64,000 nucleotides of DNA from Pristiophorus japonicus (Eukaryota): assembly GCF_044704955.1 (NCBI RefSeq), contig NC_091999.1, positions 44,640,001 to 44,704,000 on the forward strand, given 5' to 3'. Shown piece after piece: positions 1-12,754 of the stretch. The position numbers and the translations under genes are program-made. The first letter of the stretch is position 1, and each line of letters begins with the position of its first letter. A model generated the notes under the pieces. It was not told where the DNA came from and searched no databases. It saw only the letters and a list, made by a program, of their open reading frames with translations.

Positions 1-1859
1 GATTCCTGGGAAGGGGGGATTGTCCTATGAGAGATTGAATAGACCAGGCCTATATTCTCCAGCGTTTAGAAGAAGGAGAGGTGAGAGGCGACACACACAT
101 TCCATGAACACATTTTTAAAAAGATATGAGATTTTTAAATTTGATGAAGGACGCCAGCCAAATTATTAGAGAAACTCCCTGCCCTTAAGGACATGTATTC
201 AGGGGAGAAGCTGATGGGTTTATTTAATCATCTTTGGGTTAAATGTTGTGCTCCTCGAGCTGAGCAGCCCATGTCAGCATCAAACACTCTCCAGTCGGGC
301 ACAGCACAGGTCAGATACAGAGTGAACCCATCGGTCCCTCTCCGACACAGATACTGAGGGACAGGCAGTTTCCGGGACACTGACATTTCTCACTCGATAA
401 GGTATACATTGATCCTGTACCTCTCCCCATTAATCCTGGGTTCCACACGGCTCGAATCCTGCTCCTGTTTCCCTTCCTGCAACAGCACTGTGCTCAACCC
501 AGCCCATAATGAGCAGGGCTCAGGGAGGGTGGTTGCCAGGCGCTGCAGTGATGTCATAAAGCAGGGCCATTCATCCCAGCTGGTCCTCTCCTTGTCCCTT
601 TAAAGATGGAGAGCTGGGACATCCTGTCTCAATACACATCCTCCTGTTCATACTGACAATCCCCGGGGAAGGCCCAAGGCCCAGAGTGTGGAACACAATC
701 AAGGGGGAAAGAGGAGGAGAGAAGGGGAGGTAAATGAAGGAGTGGGGACTGAGGGCCACCAAGCTTCAGTTTTAGAGCCTGTAGATTTCAGGAGGGACCA
801 GTAAGTTCTGTAGCTTCAGGATCCAAGGAGAGAACAAGGAGAAGATGGAGAGTCTGGTGTGGATTCCAGCACAGTGTGGATGTAGGGGGTGGGATATTTT
901 GTCGGGCCATGTATTAGGGGTATAGGAGGAACGAGACAGGAAATGTCAGAGGAGCAATTACTGCAGCAGTGTCCATCAATAGTGAGAGAGAGAAGGTGGG
1001 GGTCAGAGTGGGCCCTGGACAGGCCGGTAAACTGTCTGTTTGCTGTGACCAGCTTTCCTTTTGTCACAAATAGCCTCCTGTAGCCCAGTGACACAAACAG
1101 CCAACTAAACGCCACCAATGTCCTTTAGTCTGGTGAGGTCTCCGTTTTTGAAACATCGGCTGTTGTTAAAGCTTCTCATTCTGAGTAGCTCACAGTGAGA
1201 CAGTATACACTGTCCCTTTTATTCCAGGGTCTTCATCTTTGCTGGTATTGGTAACACGCCCGGGATCACTAAACACAAAACCCAGTCTGTTAATCACTTT
1301 CAGCTACTGGACTTAGCGTGTGCCCCATAGCATCTCTCTCACCTTCAATGTGAGTAGAGCATCACGCCTGCAAAGCTGGTTTAAGTTTGTATCGATGCAG
1401 CAAATCTATTTAAGAAAAGCCTGTAGGCCAATGAGACACTGTTCAGGGGCCAGTGTGCTGCTGATTTGTCCGGCATTTTGCCTGTAATGGAAAATAACTG
1501 AACATTTCTCCCAGTGTAAACTTTGCTCTAATGAAATGTGTCTTTTAATAAGCCTCATGTCCTTGCTCATATCTGCTGCAATTGTGTAGAAAGAGGATGT
1601 GTGAAGTGATGATGTTTGTATGGAGATGTGAAACAAGAAAACGGTATCTGTGTGTGGCAGTGACACAGTCTTGTGGTCACAGGCAGAACCATGCACCGAT
1701 ATCCTTGTGGTTATGGTTTGAACAGGGTCAGCTCATGAATGCTCAAGCTAAGAGGTACCAGGGATCGGGAGCAGATGCAGTAAATAAAATCTAAATGTAA
1801 ATTCCGATGTAATTTATCTTCATTTATTCCTATTTTAATAGCTTTTGCTGAACGTGGCC

Positions 1860-2280
1860 CATGCCAAGTGCCAGGATATTGGATCAGGCCCACCATAGAA
1901 AGTGAGTTTGACAATGTCAACTGGATTCCCCCATCGACCAATCTAACAACTTCTTTACAAACTCTATCTAGATTGTAAGACGTGACCATATTTACGGGAA
2001 TCCGTGTTCAGTATCTGTAATGGCCCCTTCCCTTTCCCCATGATTGAAAACAGAATCTCTCACGATCCCTTCAAGCACCTTCCCGGTGATCGAGGTCACG
2101 TTGATGGGCCTTCTGTTACCGAGCTCTGACTGGTGCCCAAGTTGAAAAATGGGAACTACATGTGCTACCTTCCAATCTCAGGGAACATCCCATGACTCTA
2201 CTGAGCTGTTGGAGATCTAGGCAAGGGGCTGACAGAGCACCCGTCCCATGTCTTTAAACACCCTTGGGTGGATATCATCC
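1860..2280 (-). mobile_element. Old CR1 RT fragment
   Basis: Minus strand translates VPEDWKVAHVVPIF...RPINVTSITGKVLEGI-like sequence. Confidence 0.6.
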
Positions 2281-2619
2281 ACACCTTACACGTCAAGATT
2301 AACCCGCACGGTGACTTTGCTGACAGTGAAGAGAGATGGTAAAGACCAAAGTGCCATTTGCCCCTCTCAGTATGACCCTGAAGGACTGTGTCCAGGCTGA
2401 AGTTCTCCCCCCATTCGATCCTCCCCCAGATTGTCCTCACTGAGCTCCAGCCAGGTGATGCTAAACACTCGGGAAAGACAAAAATCTACAGCAAAGTGTT
2501 GAAAGCAACACGAATTTATTTCTCTATATTCCAAATATTAAACTCCAGTCCAGTTACAGGAGTTATTAACATCAGCGGAAACAAACCCCAACTGTCAGAA
2601 TGAACATGGTATAATCAGG

Positions 2620-3126
2620 ATGCGATTAACAGCAGCAATAAGAGCAGATCCCAACCCCTACAGTCACTTGTGAACTTGCTGGTGTCTGAATAGATGCAAT
2701 GACTGAATAAATCCCTTCCCATACACAGAGCAGGTGAATGACCTCTCCCCACTGTGAACTCGCTGGTGCCTCAACAGATGGAATGACCGAGTGAATCACT
2801 TCCCACATTCAGATCAGGTGCACGGCCTCTTCCCGGTGTGAACTCGCTGTTGTGTTTCCAGCTGCGATGGGTAGTTGAAACGTTTCCCACAGTCCCCACA
2901 TTTACACAATTTCTCCCCAGTGTGACTGCACTTGTGCCTCTCCAGGTTGAAGCATTGTCCACACAGAGAGCACTTGTACCGTTTCTCCCCGCTGTGAACG
3001 GTGCTTTTTGCTTCCATGGTCAAAGGCCAATGATATTCCATTCCCGATGTATCGAGTGACTCTGTCAGATCTTAATGTGATGATTGGTTTGAGTCTCCAG
3101 TCGACAAATCGTCTCCTTTTAATACC
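2620..3126 (-). pseudogene. Degenerate C2H2 zinc-finger exon, paralogue of the 6.9-8.0 kb exon
   Basis: [12 protein letters not shown]...[16 protein letters not shown]...QRVHTGKRP* then broken fingers; AG acceptor 3127-3128; 3' flank homologous to 6760-6880. Confidence 0.82.
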
Positions 3127-3649
3127 CTGTAAAGTGAATTTCAGACAGGAAAAAGGGTGGGTGAGAGAGAATCCACAAAAACACAAAGGCAGGTTGAGAA
3201 ATTGAATTTAATGAACTTGGTCATTTGTGGGGCCAGCACTAGAAATAGTAACCAAGAAAGCTGCCAGTTTGTGGTAAAACCCAACTGGTTCATTAATGTC
3301 CTGGGGTTGTCATCAGGGAAGGGAACCCACCTCCATTGATAGCCCCACATGGGGAATTGTTGGTCCCACTGTGTACAGATTTACTGGGGGTGAATCCCAG
3401 CAGCTTCTCCTCCATCTCCACTCCAGCTCAAACTGATGCAACAAACAGACCCACACAGGAGGCCAGGTATCCAAAGCATCTTTCTAAAATTTGCAGCATA
3501 GTTGAGAGGCGATCTACTCCAAATTGCCCGAGATTTGGAGATTTGAGAATCTAGATTTTGCTTTGTACCGGAATCCAGGTCACCGATTGGAGCATGGGCA
3601 GGACCATCGGAACGGCCCAGGTACAGCAGGCGATGCTGCAAGCAGCAGA

Positions 3650-3870
3650 AGATTGGTGAGGTCGGGGTGGAGTACCGCTGAGAGATTGGGGCCCTCAAGT
3701 GGAGCGAATTCGGGGCAGAGAGATTGGGGCCAAGGAGAGGCGATAGTTCGGAGCAGAGAGATTGGGGCCAAGGAGAGGCGAGAGTTTGGAGCGGAGAGAT
3801 TGGGGCCACAAGAGGCGAGAGTTCGGGGCGGAGAGATTGGGGCCCATGAGAGGCGAGAGTTCGGCGCCTG
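3650..3870. repeat. Minisatellite, about 38-bp unit
   Basis: GGAGAGGCGAGAGTTCGGAGCGGAGAGATTGGGGCCCA-like unit, about 5 copies. Confidence 0.85.
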
Positions 3871-4351
3871 GAAGAGGCAAGGGCCCAGGGACAGAATGGG
3901 CCGGACCACACTTCGATCGATGGGCAGTCGGAGCATGTGCAACAGAGATTGGTCTCCAGTCGTCTTGATTAACACTTGCCACTGGACCAAGACGTCGCTT
4001 TGTCCAGCCCGTGTGGTTGTTGGTGTGCAATGGACACATACATTAAAATAATCCACGCACGGGCATCTTCCACCCTTCAATATGTAGTTCGGGATCGAAA
4101 TATCAGGTCTCATATTGAAACATCTGTTAAATCATCCTTTTTGGTGTGGAAATGGGTCATCCTCCATTCAAGGGACTGCCTAATACTATACTGTACAGGA
4201 GGACTGGGAGTGACTTCGCATCCAGCACCCACCCTGATACAGAGCGGCTGGGAATTGCTGGGTCTGCTGTATAAATGCAAGTAGTTGTTTTCATGGTTTG
4301 GGGGAGGCACTGCCCCCGGGGTTTGCTGCTGCAAGGCCCGGCTCTCCGTCT

Positions 4352-4715
4352 CGGGGCCTGAGAGCCACAGTCGGTGTTGCCCGCGGCCTGAGGGCCGCAC
4401 TCGGTGTTGTCCGGGGCCTGAGAGCCGCATTCCGTGTTGTCTGGGGCCTGAGAGCCGCACTCGGTGTTGCCCGAGGCCTGAGGGCCGCGCCCGGTGTTGT
4501 CTGGGGCCTGAGGGCCGCACTCGGTGTTGCCCGGTGCCTGAGAGCCGCACTCGGTGTTGCCCGGGGCCTGAGGACCGCACTCGGTGTTGTCCGGGGCCAG
4601 AGAGCTGCACTCGGTGTTGTCCGGGGCCTGAGAGCCACACTCGGTGTTGCCCGGGGCCTGTGGGCCGCACTGGGTGTTGCCCGGGGCCTGAGAGCTGCAC
4701 TCGGCATTGTCCGGC
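4352..4715. repeat. 30-bp GC-rich minisatellite, about 12 copies
   Basis: GGGGCCTGAGAGCCGCACTCGGTGTTGCCC unit. Confidence 0.95.
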
Positions 4716-4869
4716 ACCGTGCTCGCTCTGCTCATTGGCGGGGAGCCTCTTCGCACAGGGAGATGCTCTCTGGGAACCAGCCCTTCCCGCATGTTGCCTC
4801 GCTGCTGATGGACATAGGGCATATTCCCCGGGTGGTGCACTCTGGGTACAATCATTCGCCATTGTCAGG

Positions 4870-5425
4870 GAGTGGTACAGCACAGAAGGCCATGCAGCCC
4901 ATCGTGTCTGTGCCAGTTCTTTGGTGGAGCTGTTCATTCAGTCTCACTGCTCTGCTCTTTACCCATAGCTCGGTATATTTTTCCCGGCAAGTATTTATCC
5001 AATTCCCTCTTAAAAGTTACTATTGAATCTGCTTCCACCACCCTTTCAGACAGTGCATTCTGGACCATAACAATTCGCTGGGTAATAAATGATCCTACAT
5101 CTCATCTCTCGTCATTTTGCCAATCATCGGAAGTCTGACTCCTCTGGTTACCTCCCCTAATGCCACTGGAAAAAAATTCCATATTTACTCAATCTTCTAA
5201 ATCATTCATAATTTTGTACATCTCCCTCAAATCTCCTTTTGCCCTTTCCTACACTCTGGAGAAAACTTCACCAGGTTCTCCTCATCTAGGAAGTCCCACA
5301 TCCCTGGCACTGTTCCTTCTGCACCTTCTCTAAAAGCTGAGCATCATTCTGAAAGTTTGGAGCACAAACTTGAACACAATTCTCCAGCTGAAGCCTAACC
5401 AGTTTTATATAAAGGTTTGGCAAAC
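4870..5425 (-). mobile_element. Old CR1 3' fragment
   Basis: Similar to the CR1 3' ends elsewhere in the window. Confidence 0.6.
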
Positions 5426-5759
5426 TAAACATCAAATGCTGATATTTCTGTGAGGCGGTTTATAGGGCGAGGTCCATCCAGTCAGTTGGATGTGTCAATG
5501 AGAATGCGAACCTAAGGAAGTGCATTTGGAGTGGAGAGCCATGGACATGCTGTGTAACTGGGCGCAAACTCTCCTGCGCTCACCACACATCACTTGTTTC
5601 CCATTTGGCATGAAAGGAACGTGTTAGTTGCAACAATTCATTTGATTTGATTTCAAATAGTTTAGTATAGAAATTGAATTATGTTTCTATGATTTTTTTT
5701 CCCAACTCAGATTTAAGGCCTCAATATTTTCTCTTCGACTGTGTACAGTCACAGCATTC

Positions 5760-6265
5760 CAACTCTGCAACTGTACATTGCGATTCCAATCCTGGGAGAG
5801 TACATGGGGATTCTAACCCTGGCACTGTACATGGGGATTCTAACCCTGGCACTGTACAGAGGGATTCTAACCCTGGCACTGTACATGGGGATTCTAACCC
5901 TGGCACTGTACATGGGGATTCTAATCCTGGGACTGTACCTGGGGATTCCAACCCTTTGACTGTACATGGGGATTCTAACCCATGGACTGTACATGGAGAT
6001 TCTAACCCTGAGAGAGTACATGGGCATTCTAAGCCTGGGACAGTACATGGGGTTTCTAAACCTGGGAGAGTACATGGGGATTCTAAACCTGGGGGAGTAA
6101 ATGGAGATTCTAAACCTGGCAATGCACACGGGAATTCGAACCCTAGAATTGTACATGGGGATTCTAAACCTGGCACTATACACGGGGATTCTAAACCTGG
6201 GAGAGCACATGGGGATAATCAACCTGGCACTGTACACGGGGATTCTAACCATGGAACTGTATATG
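5760..6265. repeat. 27-bp minisatellite, about 18 copies
   Basis: GGCACTGTACATGGGGATTCTAACCCT unit. Confidence 0.95.
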
Positions 6266-6874
6266 GTGTCCAGGCGTTCGGGCCCCCTTCGGAGACGACC
6301 AGGCCTCTACTTCCCCGCAGTACTCCAGGTGTGGTCTAGCCAGGGCTTTGTGCAGCTGCAGAGGGCTGGCAGCGCCCATGGAATAGTATCAAAGGAGGTA
6401 GCTTAGTACTGACTTTCATTTTAAACTTTGAATCAACTTGGGAAACTTATAAATAACTTGCAAAAGCTTTTTAAATACTCCACAAGAAACTTGTAAAACT
6501 TCTGAAAAAACTTTTAGCCAACGTGGAAGAGCATTCAAGAATTCCTTTCTTTTAATTTTTCATTTATTGAGGAATTGAATACTATACCCCAATCTAACTA
6601 GAAAATAGTTTGGTGTGTTTTATTAGCATCATTTTCAGTCATTTGAAACCGGGATACTCACGACAACGCTTGGCGAATAGGTGTGCCTTCCACCAGGAGA
6701 CTGGGCAAGAACCCCCTACCTCCTGCATCCCTCCATTTATTTATTTATTTTTATATATCCCAAATATTAAACTCCAGTCCAGTTACAGGAGTTATCAGTA
6801 GAAACAAACCTCAATTGTCAGAATGAACATGGTTCAGTCAGGATGTGATTAACAGCAGATTCCAGCCCCTGCAG

Positions 6875-7975
6875 TCAGTTGGGAACTCGCTGGTGTCTCA
6901 GCAGGGTGGAATACTGAGTTAATCCCTTACTACACACAGAGCAGGGGAACGGCCTCTCCACCGTGTGAACTCGCTGGTGGCCCAGTAGCTGGGATGATCG
7001 AAAGAATGCCTTCCCACACTCAGAGCAGGTGAATGGCCTCTCACCAGTGTGAACTCGCTGGTGTGTCGTCAGGGCGGATGACCGAGTGAATCCTTCCCAC
7101 ACTCCGAGCAGGTGAACGGTCTCTCCCCAGTGTGAACTCGCTGGTGTGCCAGCAGGTCAGATGACAGAAATAATCCCTTCCCACACCCAGAGCAGGTGAA
7201 CGGTCTCTCCCCAGTGTGAACTCGCTGGTGTGCCAGCAGGTCAGATGACAGAAAGAATCCCTTCCCACACCCAGAGCAGGTGAACGGCCTCTCGCCAGTG
7301 TGAACTCGCTGGTGTGACTGCAGGTGGGATGACTGAGTGAATCCCTTCCCACACGTAGAGCAGGTGAACGGCCTCTCCCCAGTGTGAACTCGCTCCTGTG
7401 TCAGCAGGGTGAATGAAGTAATGAATCTCTTCCCACACTCTGAGCAGGAAAACGACCTCTCCCCAGTGTGAACTCCCTGGTGTGTCAGCAGGTGGAATGA
7501 CTGAGTGAATCCCTTCCCACACACGGAGCAGTTGAACGGCCTCTCCCCCGTGTGAACTCGCTGGTGAACTACAAGGTCGGAATACCCAGTGAATCCCTTC
7601 CCACACATGGGGCAGGTAACTGGCCACTCCCCACTGTGACTGCGTCGATTAATTTCAAGATCTGATGCCGATCTGAATCCCTTCCCACAGTTGCCACATT
7701 TCCATGGTTTCTCCATGGTTCGGCTATCCTTGTGACTCTCCATGGTTGGACGATCAGTTGAAGCTTAACCCACGCACACAACACATTTACAGTTTCTCCG
7801 CGCTGTGAATGGAGCGATGTTTCTTCAGGCTGTGTAACTGATTAAAGCTCTTTCCACAGGCAGTGCACTGGAACACTCACTCGGGTGTGTATGTCTCGGT
7901 GCCTTTCCAGTCACACTGATATTTGCAATATTTTCTCTAAGGCAGGACAGACAAACATTTCTGCTTCCACTTTCA
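6875..7975 (-). pseudogene. Tandem C2H2 zinc-finger exon (about 10 or more fingers), frameshifted
   Basis: Repeated CxxCGKGF...[11 protein letters not shown] units in ORFs 7069-7743 and 6875-7102; 1-nt deletion near 7092; several fingers lack a His; upstream fingers broken. Confidence 0.88.
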
Positions 7976-9359
7976 AAGGCTGATGATATTATGTCCTGAT
8001 GAATGATTGACTCCGTCAGATCTGGACGCGATGTTTGGTTTGTGTTTCCTGTCTGAAAATCTCCCCTTTTAATACGCAGCAAAAGGAGATAACATAACTC
8101 ATCACTGTCAGTACAAGACACAAATTCAGGATAGGCACATCTAGAGTCCAAGTTTCGACAGGAGTAAACTCCTATTGTTTTGGAGTATCCAATAAATCAC
8201 AATTGTCCACGTTTAGTTTGTTCCACTTTCAGTCAGTTAGTTCAGTTTCTTTTTCCAGCCACTTATGCCGATTTTGGCCAGTTAAGCAAGTTTAGACAGC
8301 GAAAAGTAACTCCAAACTAACTTAGGCCTGAGTCAGTGCTCCCTTTTGTACGCTCAGAAAAACCTTGCGAACACTTTAAAAATCAGGCGTCGGTAGCCAG
8401 AAATAGTGGGCGGGGAAGGTGTTGTGGAGGGATGGGAAGTTAGAGGATTTTCCAAAACAGTAAGCACTTCACTTGTAAAAATCGAGAAGCATTATCAATA
8501 ATAAATGGTCAATAACTCAATCAATAAAAAAATTTAAATATAAATTAAAAATCAATCAATAAATAAAAAATTAAACGTTGCCACCTCACCTACTGCAGCA
8601 CCTAACCGTTCCGGAACACTGCGAGCCCTCCAGCAGCACACACAGCCCTGCCTGTCCGATTACATTTTCAAGGTCGAAGAGTTCGGGCGGGGCCCCGCCG
8701 GGGAAGAGTTCGGGCAGGGCCCGCTGCCAGGGAAGAGTTCGGGAGGGGCGCTCCACCAGGGAGATGGATGCGTGGGGCCCGTTAAGAGATAGGGAAGGAC
8801 GAGACCCTGGAGAGATTTGAACAAGAGAATGCGTATTTTAAAGGCTGATGCCACCAGCCATCTCGCCCAGCACAGAATGTAACTCACTACCAAGAGGAAG
8901 GATGTTACTTCAACTACGAATGCATAATGCGGGGAAATCAATATCTATCCCTTTAACTAACAGCGACATGGAAAGAGATAAATGAATGACCTTTAAACAC
9001 CTGATTAACTTGGCACTGAAGTGTCTGAAACTCATAATAGGAACTCCAGGAAAACAAAATACTGACAAATGTTAAATTGTTTTGTTAACAAAAGAAATCT
9101 CGATTTAAATTTTAAAAGATAAATTGTTTAACAGGGATTCACATGGACTCACCTGACAGGCTGACTCAGGATCCACCCCTCAAGCACCACGATTGTTTGT
9201 AGAACACGCTGCTCTCTGGGCCCACCGGCCCCTGACCTCTCTTCCTGTTGGTTCCCAGGGCAATCAATCACCAGTCGCCAATATTACGCTGCCAGATTAA
9301 GTTGAGAGGCTCGGAGAAAGAAATAAAACAAGAATGTGAACCTGAGTTAAGAAATACAA

Positions 9360-10100
9360 TTAGAAAAGCATGTTAAATAAACAAGGAGAGACAATATAAA
9401 CTGAAGGGTACAATCCGAAAGGGGTGCATGAACAGTGAGACCTGCGGGTATATATGCACAAATCGCTGAAGGTGGCAGGACAGGTTGAGAAACCAATAAA
9501 AAATCTTACAGAATCCTGGGCACCACAGAGTACAAAAGCAAGGAGATTATGATGAGCCTTTGTAAAACACTGGTTCGGTCTCAACTGGAGCATTGTGTCC
9601 AATTCTGGGCACCGCAGATTAGGATGTGATGGCCTTAGAGAGGGTGCAGAAAAGATTGACAAGAATGATTCACGAGATGAGGGACTTTGGTTACGTGGAT
9701 TGACTGGAGAAGCTGGGGTTGTTCTCCTTGGAGCAGAGAAAGTTGAGAGGAGAATTGATAGAAGTGTTCAAAATCATGAGGGGTCCAGATATAGTAGATA
9801 GAGAGATACTGTTCCCACTGGCAGAAGGGTAGAGAATCAGAGGAGATGGATTTAAGGTGAATGGCAAAAGAACCAAGGGTGACATCACAAAATCTATTTT
9901 ACACAGCGAGTGGTTAGAATCCGGAATGCATGGCCTGAAAGGGTGGTGAAGACACTCTCAATCACATCTTTCAAAAAATAAATCTGGATAAGTATCTGAA
10001 AAAAATCATTTGCAGGGCCAGGGGAAAGGGTGGGCAGTTGGATTAACTGGGAGCCGGCAAGGGTGACGGGCTGAATGGCATTCCGTGCTGTAACCATTCT
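9360..10100 (+). mobile_element. CR1 3' fragment (part of the inverted duplication)
   Basis: LVRSQLEHCVQFWAP-like sequence; reverse-complement copy at about 24170-24900. Confidence 0.75.
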
Positions 10101-10349
10101 CTGATTGTGTGAGCAGAACCACTCTGTTCCCTGACTCAGTCTAAAGCCGTCCTGATTGTGAGCACCTCTGTTAAACCTGCCCTGCACCTTCACTGCTCCA
10201 AGGGAAACCACCCCAGATGCTGCAGCCATCATCTTATTGAATGGCGGCAGGCTCGAGGGGCCAAAGGGCCGAATCATCTCCTATTTCTGATGTTCTCATG
10301 TATTCATGTCACTGGTCCCCATCCTGCATCTTCCCTGCAGCGGGACAAT

Positions 10350-11635
10350 GGAAAATATTGTGACGTCGAGGAAGCCCCGCCCCTGTTGCTCCCTGCTCCC
10401 CGTGGCGGGCGGATCCGTGATGCCCAAAGATGGCGGTCGAACTCCCGGCAACCCCCGACAGAAACCAAGGGCCGTCCCCGCCCGAAGGTGCCCCACCCAC
10501 CGACTCGGCGGCCAAATCTCACCGCCCGTGCATGTCCGTGAGTATGTGAGTCCTCAGCGAAGCTGGGCGCACTGCCTGGGCTGCTCATCCATCCTCCGCG
10601 GGGGGGGGGGGGGTGGCAAAACGTCGTCCGTCCACAGCTAATCTCCCACAATTGACTGGCCCCGAGCCTGCGCAGAACTCCGCCTCACCTCACCTGGACC
10701 CCGAGCTCAAAGGCTGCGAGTAGAGCCCACCCACAAATCCCGCAACCGCCCGCCCGCAACACTCAGCTCTGGCTGGGTTCATTTCTACACTCACTGGTTC
10801 CTTTCCCCTGAAGGTATTGACTCTGGCTGGGTTCAGTTCTACACTCACTGGTTCCCCTCCCCTGAAGGTACTGACTCTGGCTGGGTTCATTTCTACACTC
10901 ACTGGTTCCTTTCCCCTGAAGGTATTGACTCTGGCTGGGTTCATCTCTACACTCACTGGTTCCCCTCCCCTGAAGGTACTGACTCTGGCTGGGTTCAGTT
11001 CTACACTCACTGGTTCCCCTCCCCTGAAGGTACTGACTGTGGCTGGGTTCAGTTCTACACTCACGGGGTCCTCTCCACTGAAGGTACTGACTTTGGTTGC
11101 GTTTAGTTCTACACTCACTGGTTCCCCTCCCCGAAAGGTCCTGACTCTGGCTGGGTTCAGTTCGACACTCACTGGTTCCCCTCCCCTGAAGTTACTGACT
11201 CTGGCTGGGTTCAGTTCCAGACACTGACATCATTGACGTTGTTCCTGCACCGAGATGGCCGCGCATGCGCTGTGCTACTCACTGAATCAAGATTTTGGGG
11301 TGCTGAACCTGCCTTCCTGTACGAAGATGGCCACCGTCAGCCTGGGCCTGTGACCAATAGAAACCCACGAAGCTGCAACCGCCGATATTCCGTTTATTAT
11401 TCCGGGCTTGCGGCGAACACCGGTTGTTTATGAAGCCTCCACGACTCCCTGCTGGTCGATTACTCCCCTCCGCCCCGCCGATATGGACACTTCCCATGAA
11501 CCTCTCAAAAACATGTCTCCTCCGCCATTACAAGCACTGTGCATGCTCCAAACACTGCCTGGGCCCACGCCTGCGCACTGAGCTCCTGTAGTCTGGGTGC
11601 GGTACATTCTCCCCCGCGGGGCATGCTGGGTACAT
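10350..11635. promoter_or_regulatory. CpG-island promoter, likely of the zinc-finger gene(s), split by a 54-bp VNTR
   Basis: CpG-dense; NRF1-type GCGCATGCGC at 11261, YY1-type AAGATGGCGG near 10428, CRE-like TGACGTC at 10361, ZNF143-like half sites near 11585-11630; splice donor-like sites at 10693 (-) and 10538 (+). Confidence 0.65.
10766..11222. repeat. 54-bp VNTR, about 8.5 copies
   Basis: CTCTGGCTGGGTTCAGTTCTACACTCACTGGTTCCCCTCCCCTGAAGGTACTGA unit. Confidence 0.95.
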
Positions 11636-11669
11636 AGAACCATGATAAATAGGAACAGGAATGGGCCAG

Positions 11670-11955
11670 ATACTGCACGGTTATATACAGAGTAAAGCTA
11701 CCTCTACACTGTCACATCAAACACTGCCAGGATATGTAAAGCACCGGTTAGATACGGAGTAAAGCTCCCTCTACACTGTCCCATTAAACAGTCCCAGTGC
11801 AGGTACAGCATGGGTTACATACAGAGTGAAGCTCCGTCTACACTGTCCCACCAAACACTGCCAGGGCATGTACAGTATCATTTAGATGCAGGGTAAACGT
11901 CTTTCTTAACAGCCAATCCAAAAATGCACAGGACAGGCACAACACAGATTAGGAA
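11670..11955 (+). repeat. 67-bp satellite block (other plus-strand blocks at 13563-13634, 18107-18340, 21510-21600, 22260-22800)
   Basis: GGGTTAGATACAGAGTAAAGCTCCCTCTACACTGTCCCATCAAACACTCCCAGGGCAGGTACAGCAC unit. Confidence 0.9.
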
Positions 11956-11956
11956 C

Positions 11957-12480
11957 ACATCATCATCATCTCAGGCAGTCTGTCAAAATCGAGGAAAACT
12001 TGCTTACACTCGAAATGTGAGTTCTTACGTGACTAAACAGTCCGGTACGGAAATTACAGCCTCTGTCACAGGTGGGACAGAAGTCGTTGAACGAAAGGGT
12101 GGGTGGGACTGGTTTGCCGCATGCTCCTCCGCTTGGTTTCTGCATGCTCTCGGCGATGCGACTCGAGGTGCTCAGAGCCCTCCCGGATGCACATACTCAA
12201 CTTAGGGTGAACGTTTGTCAGGGATCCCCAGGTATCGGGGGGTTGTTGAATTTTATCAAGGGGGCTTGAGGGTGTTGTTGAAAGGTTTCCTCTGCCCATT
12301 GTAGGCTCGCTTGCCGTGTAGGAGTCCCGAGTAGAGCCTTGCTTTGGGAGTCTTGTGTCAGGCATGTGAACAATGTGTCGAGCCAGGGTATCCCTGGAGA
12401 TTGAGCATGCAGTGTCCACCGGTAGACTCGTGGCCTTCCATGAGAGGTGAGCACCAGAGAGACTGGACTGAATCATTCCA
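11957..12480 (-). mobile_element. RTE-clade LINE 3' fragment
   Basis: (CAT)n tail followed by AGGCAGTC; HIVHMPDTRLPKQ motif. Confidence 0.75.
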
Positions 12481-12754
12481 GAGGGAACAGAATTGTAATT
12501 TTAATTAATTTGATTTGATTTGACAAAAGTTACCTTTATGTTGAATTGTTAATTTGTGTTTTTGGTTCCCTAAAAAAAAACAAGGGGGCACTTTAATGAA
12601 ACTTTCTGGAGTGTGAACCCCCTCCACCCTTTAATCATGGGGAACTTGATTATTGTTCTACTTAAAATAGCTGTGAACAATGTGGCCAACCCAATGAAGC
12701 TGGTCGAGTGTGGTCAGTGCTTCGATGCTGGGGATGTTGGCCTGATCGAGGAAA

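Noticed and set aside
4110-5026. Long ORFs in several frames, including a Cys-rich RCCPGPES repeat resembling a keratin-associated or metallothionein-like protein
   Set aside because: Produced by a stop-poor 30-bp minisatellite that is open on both strands; no gene context
5674-6339. VHGDSNPGT repeat ORF
   Set aside because: 27-bp minisatellite artefact, open in multiple frames
10766-11222. CRISPR-like array
   Set aside because: Head-to-tail tandem units without unique spacers, in vertebrate DNA
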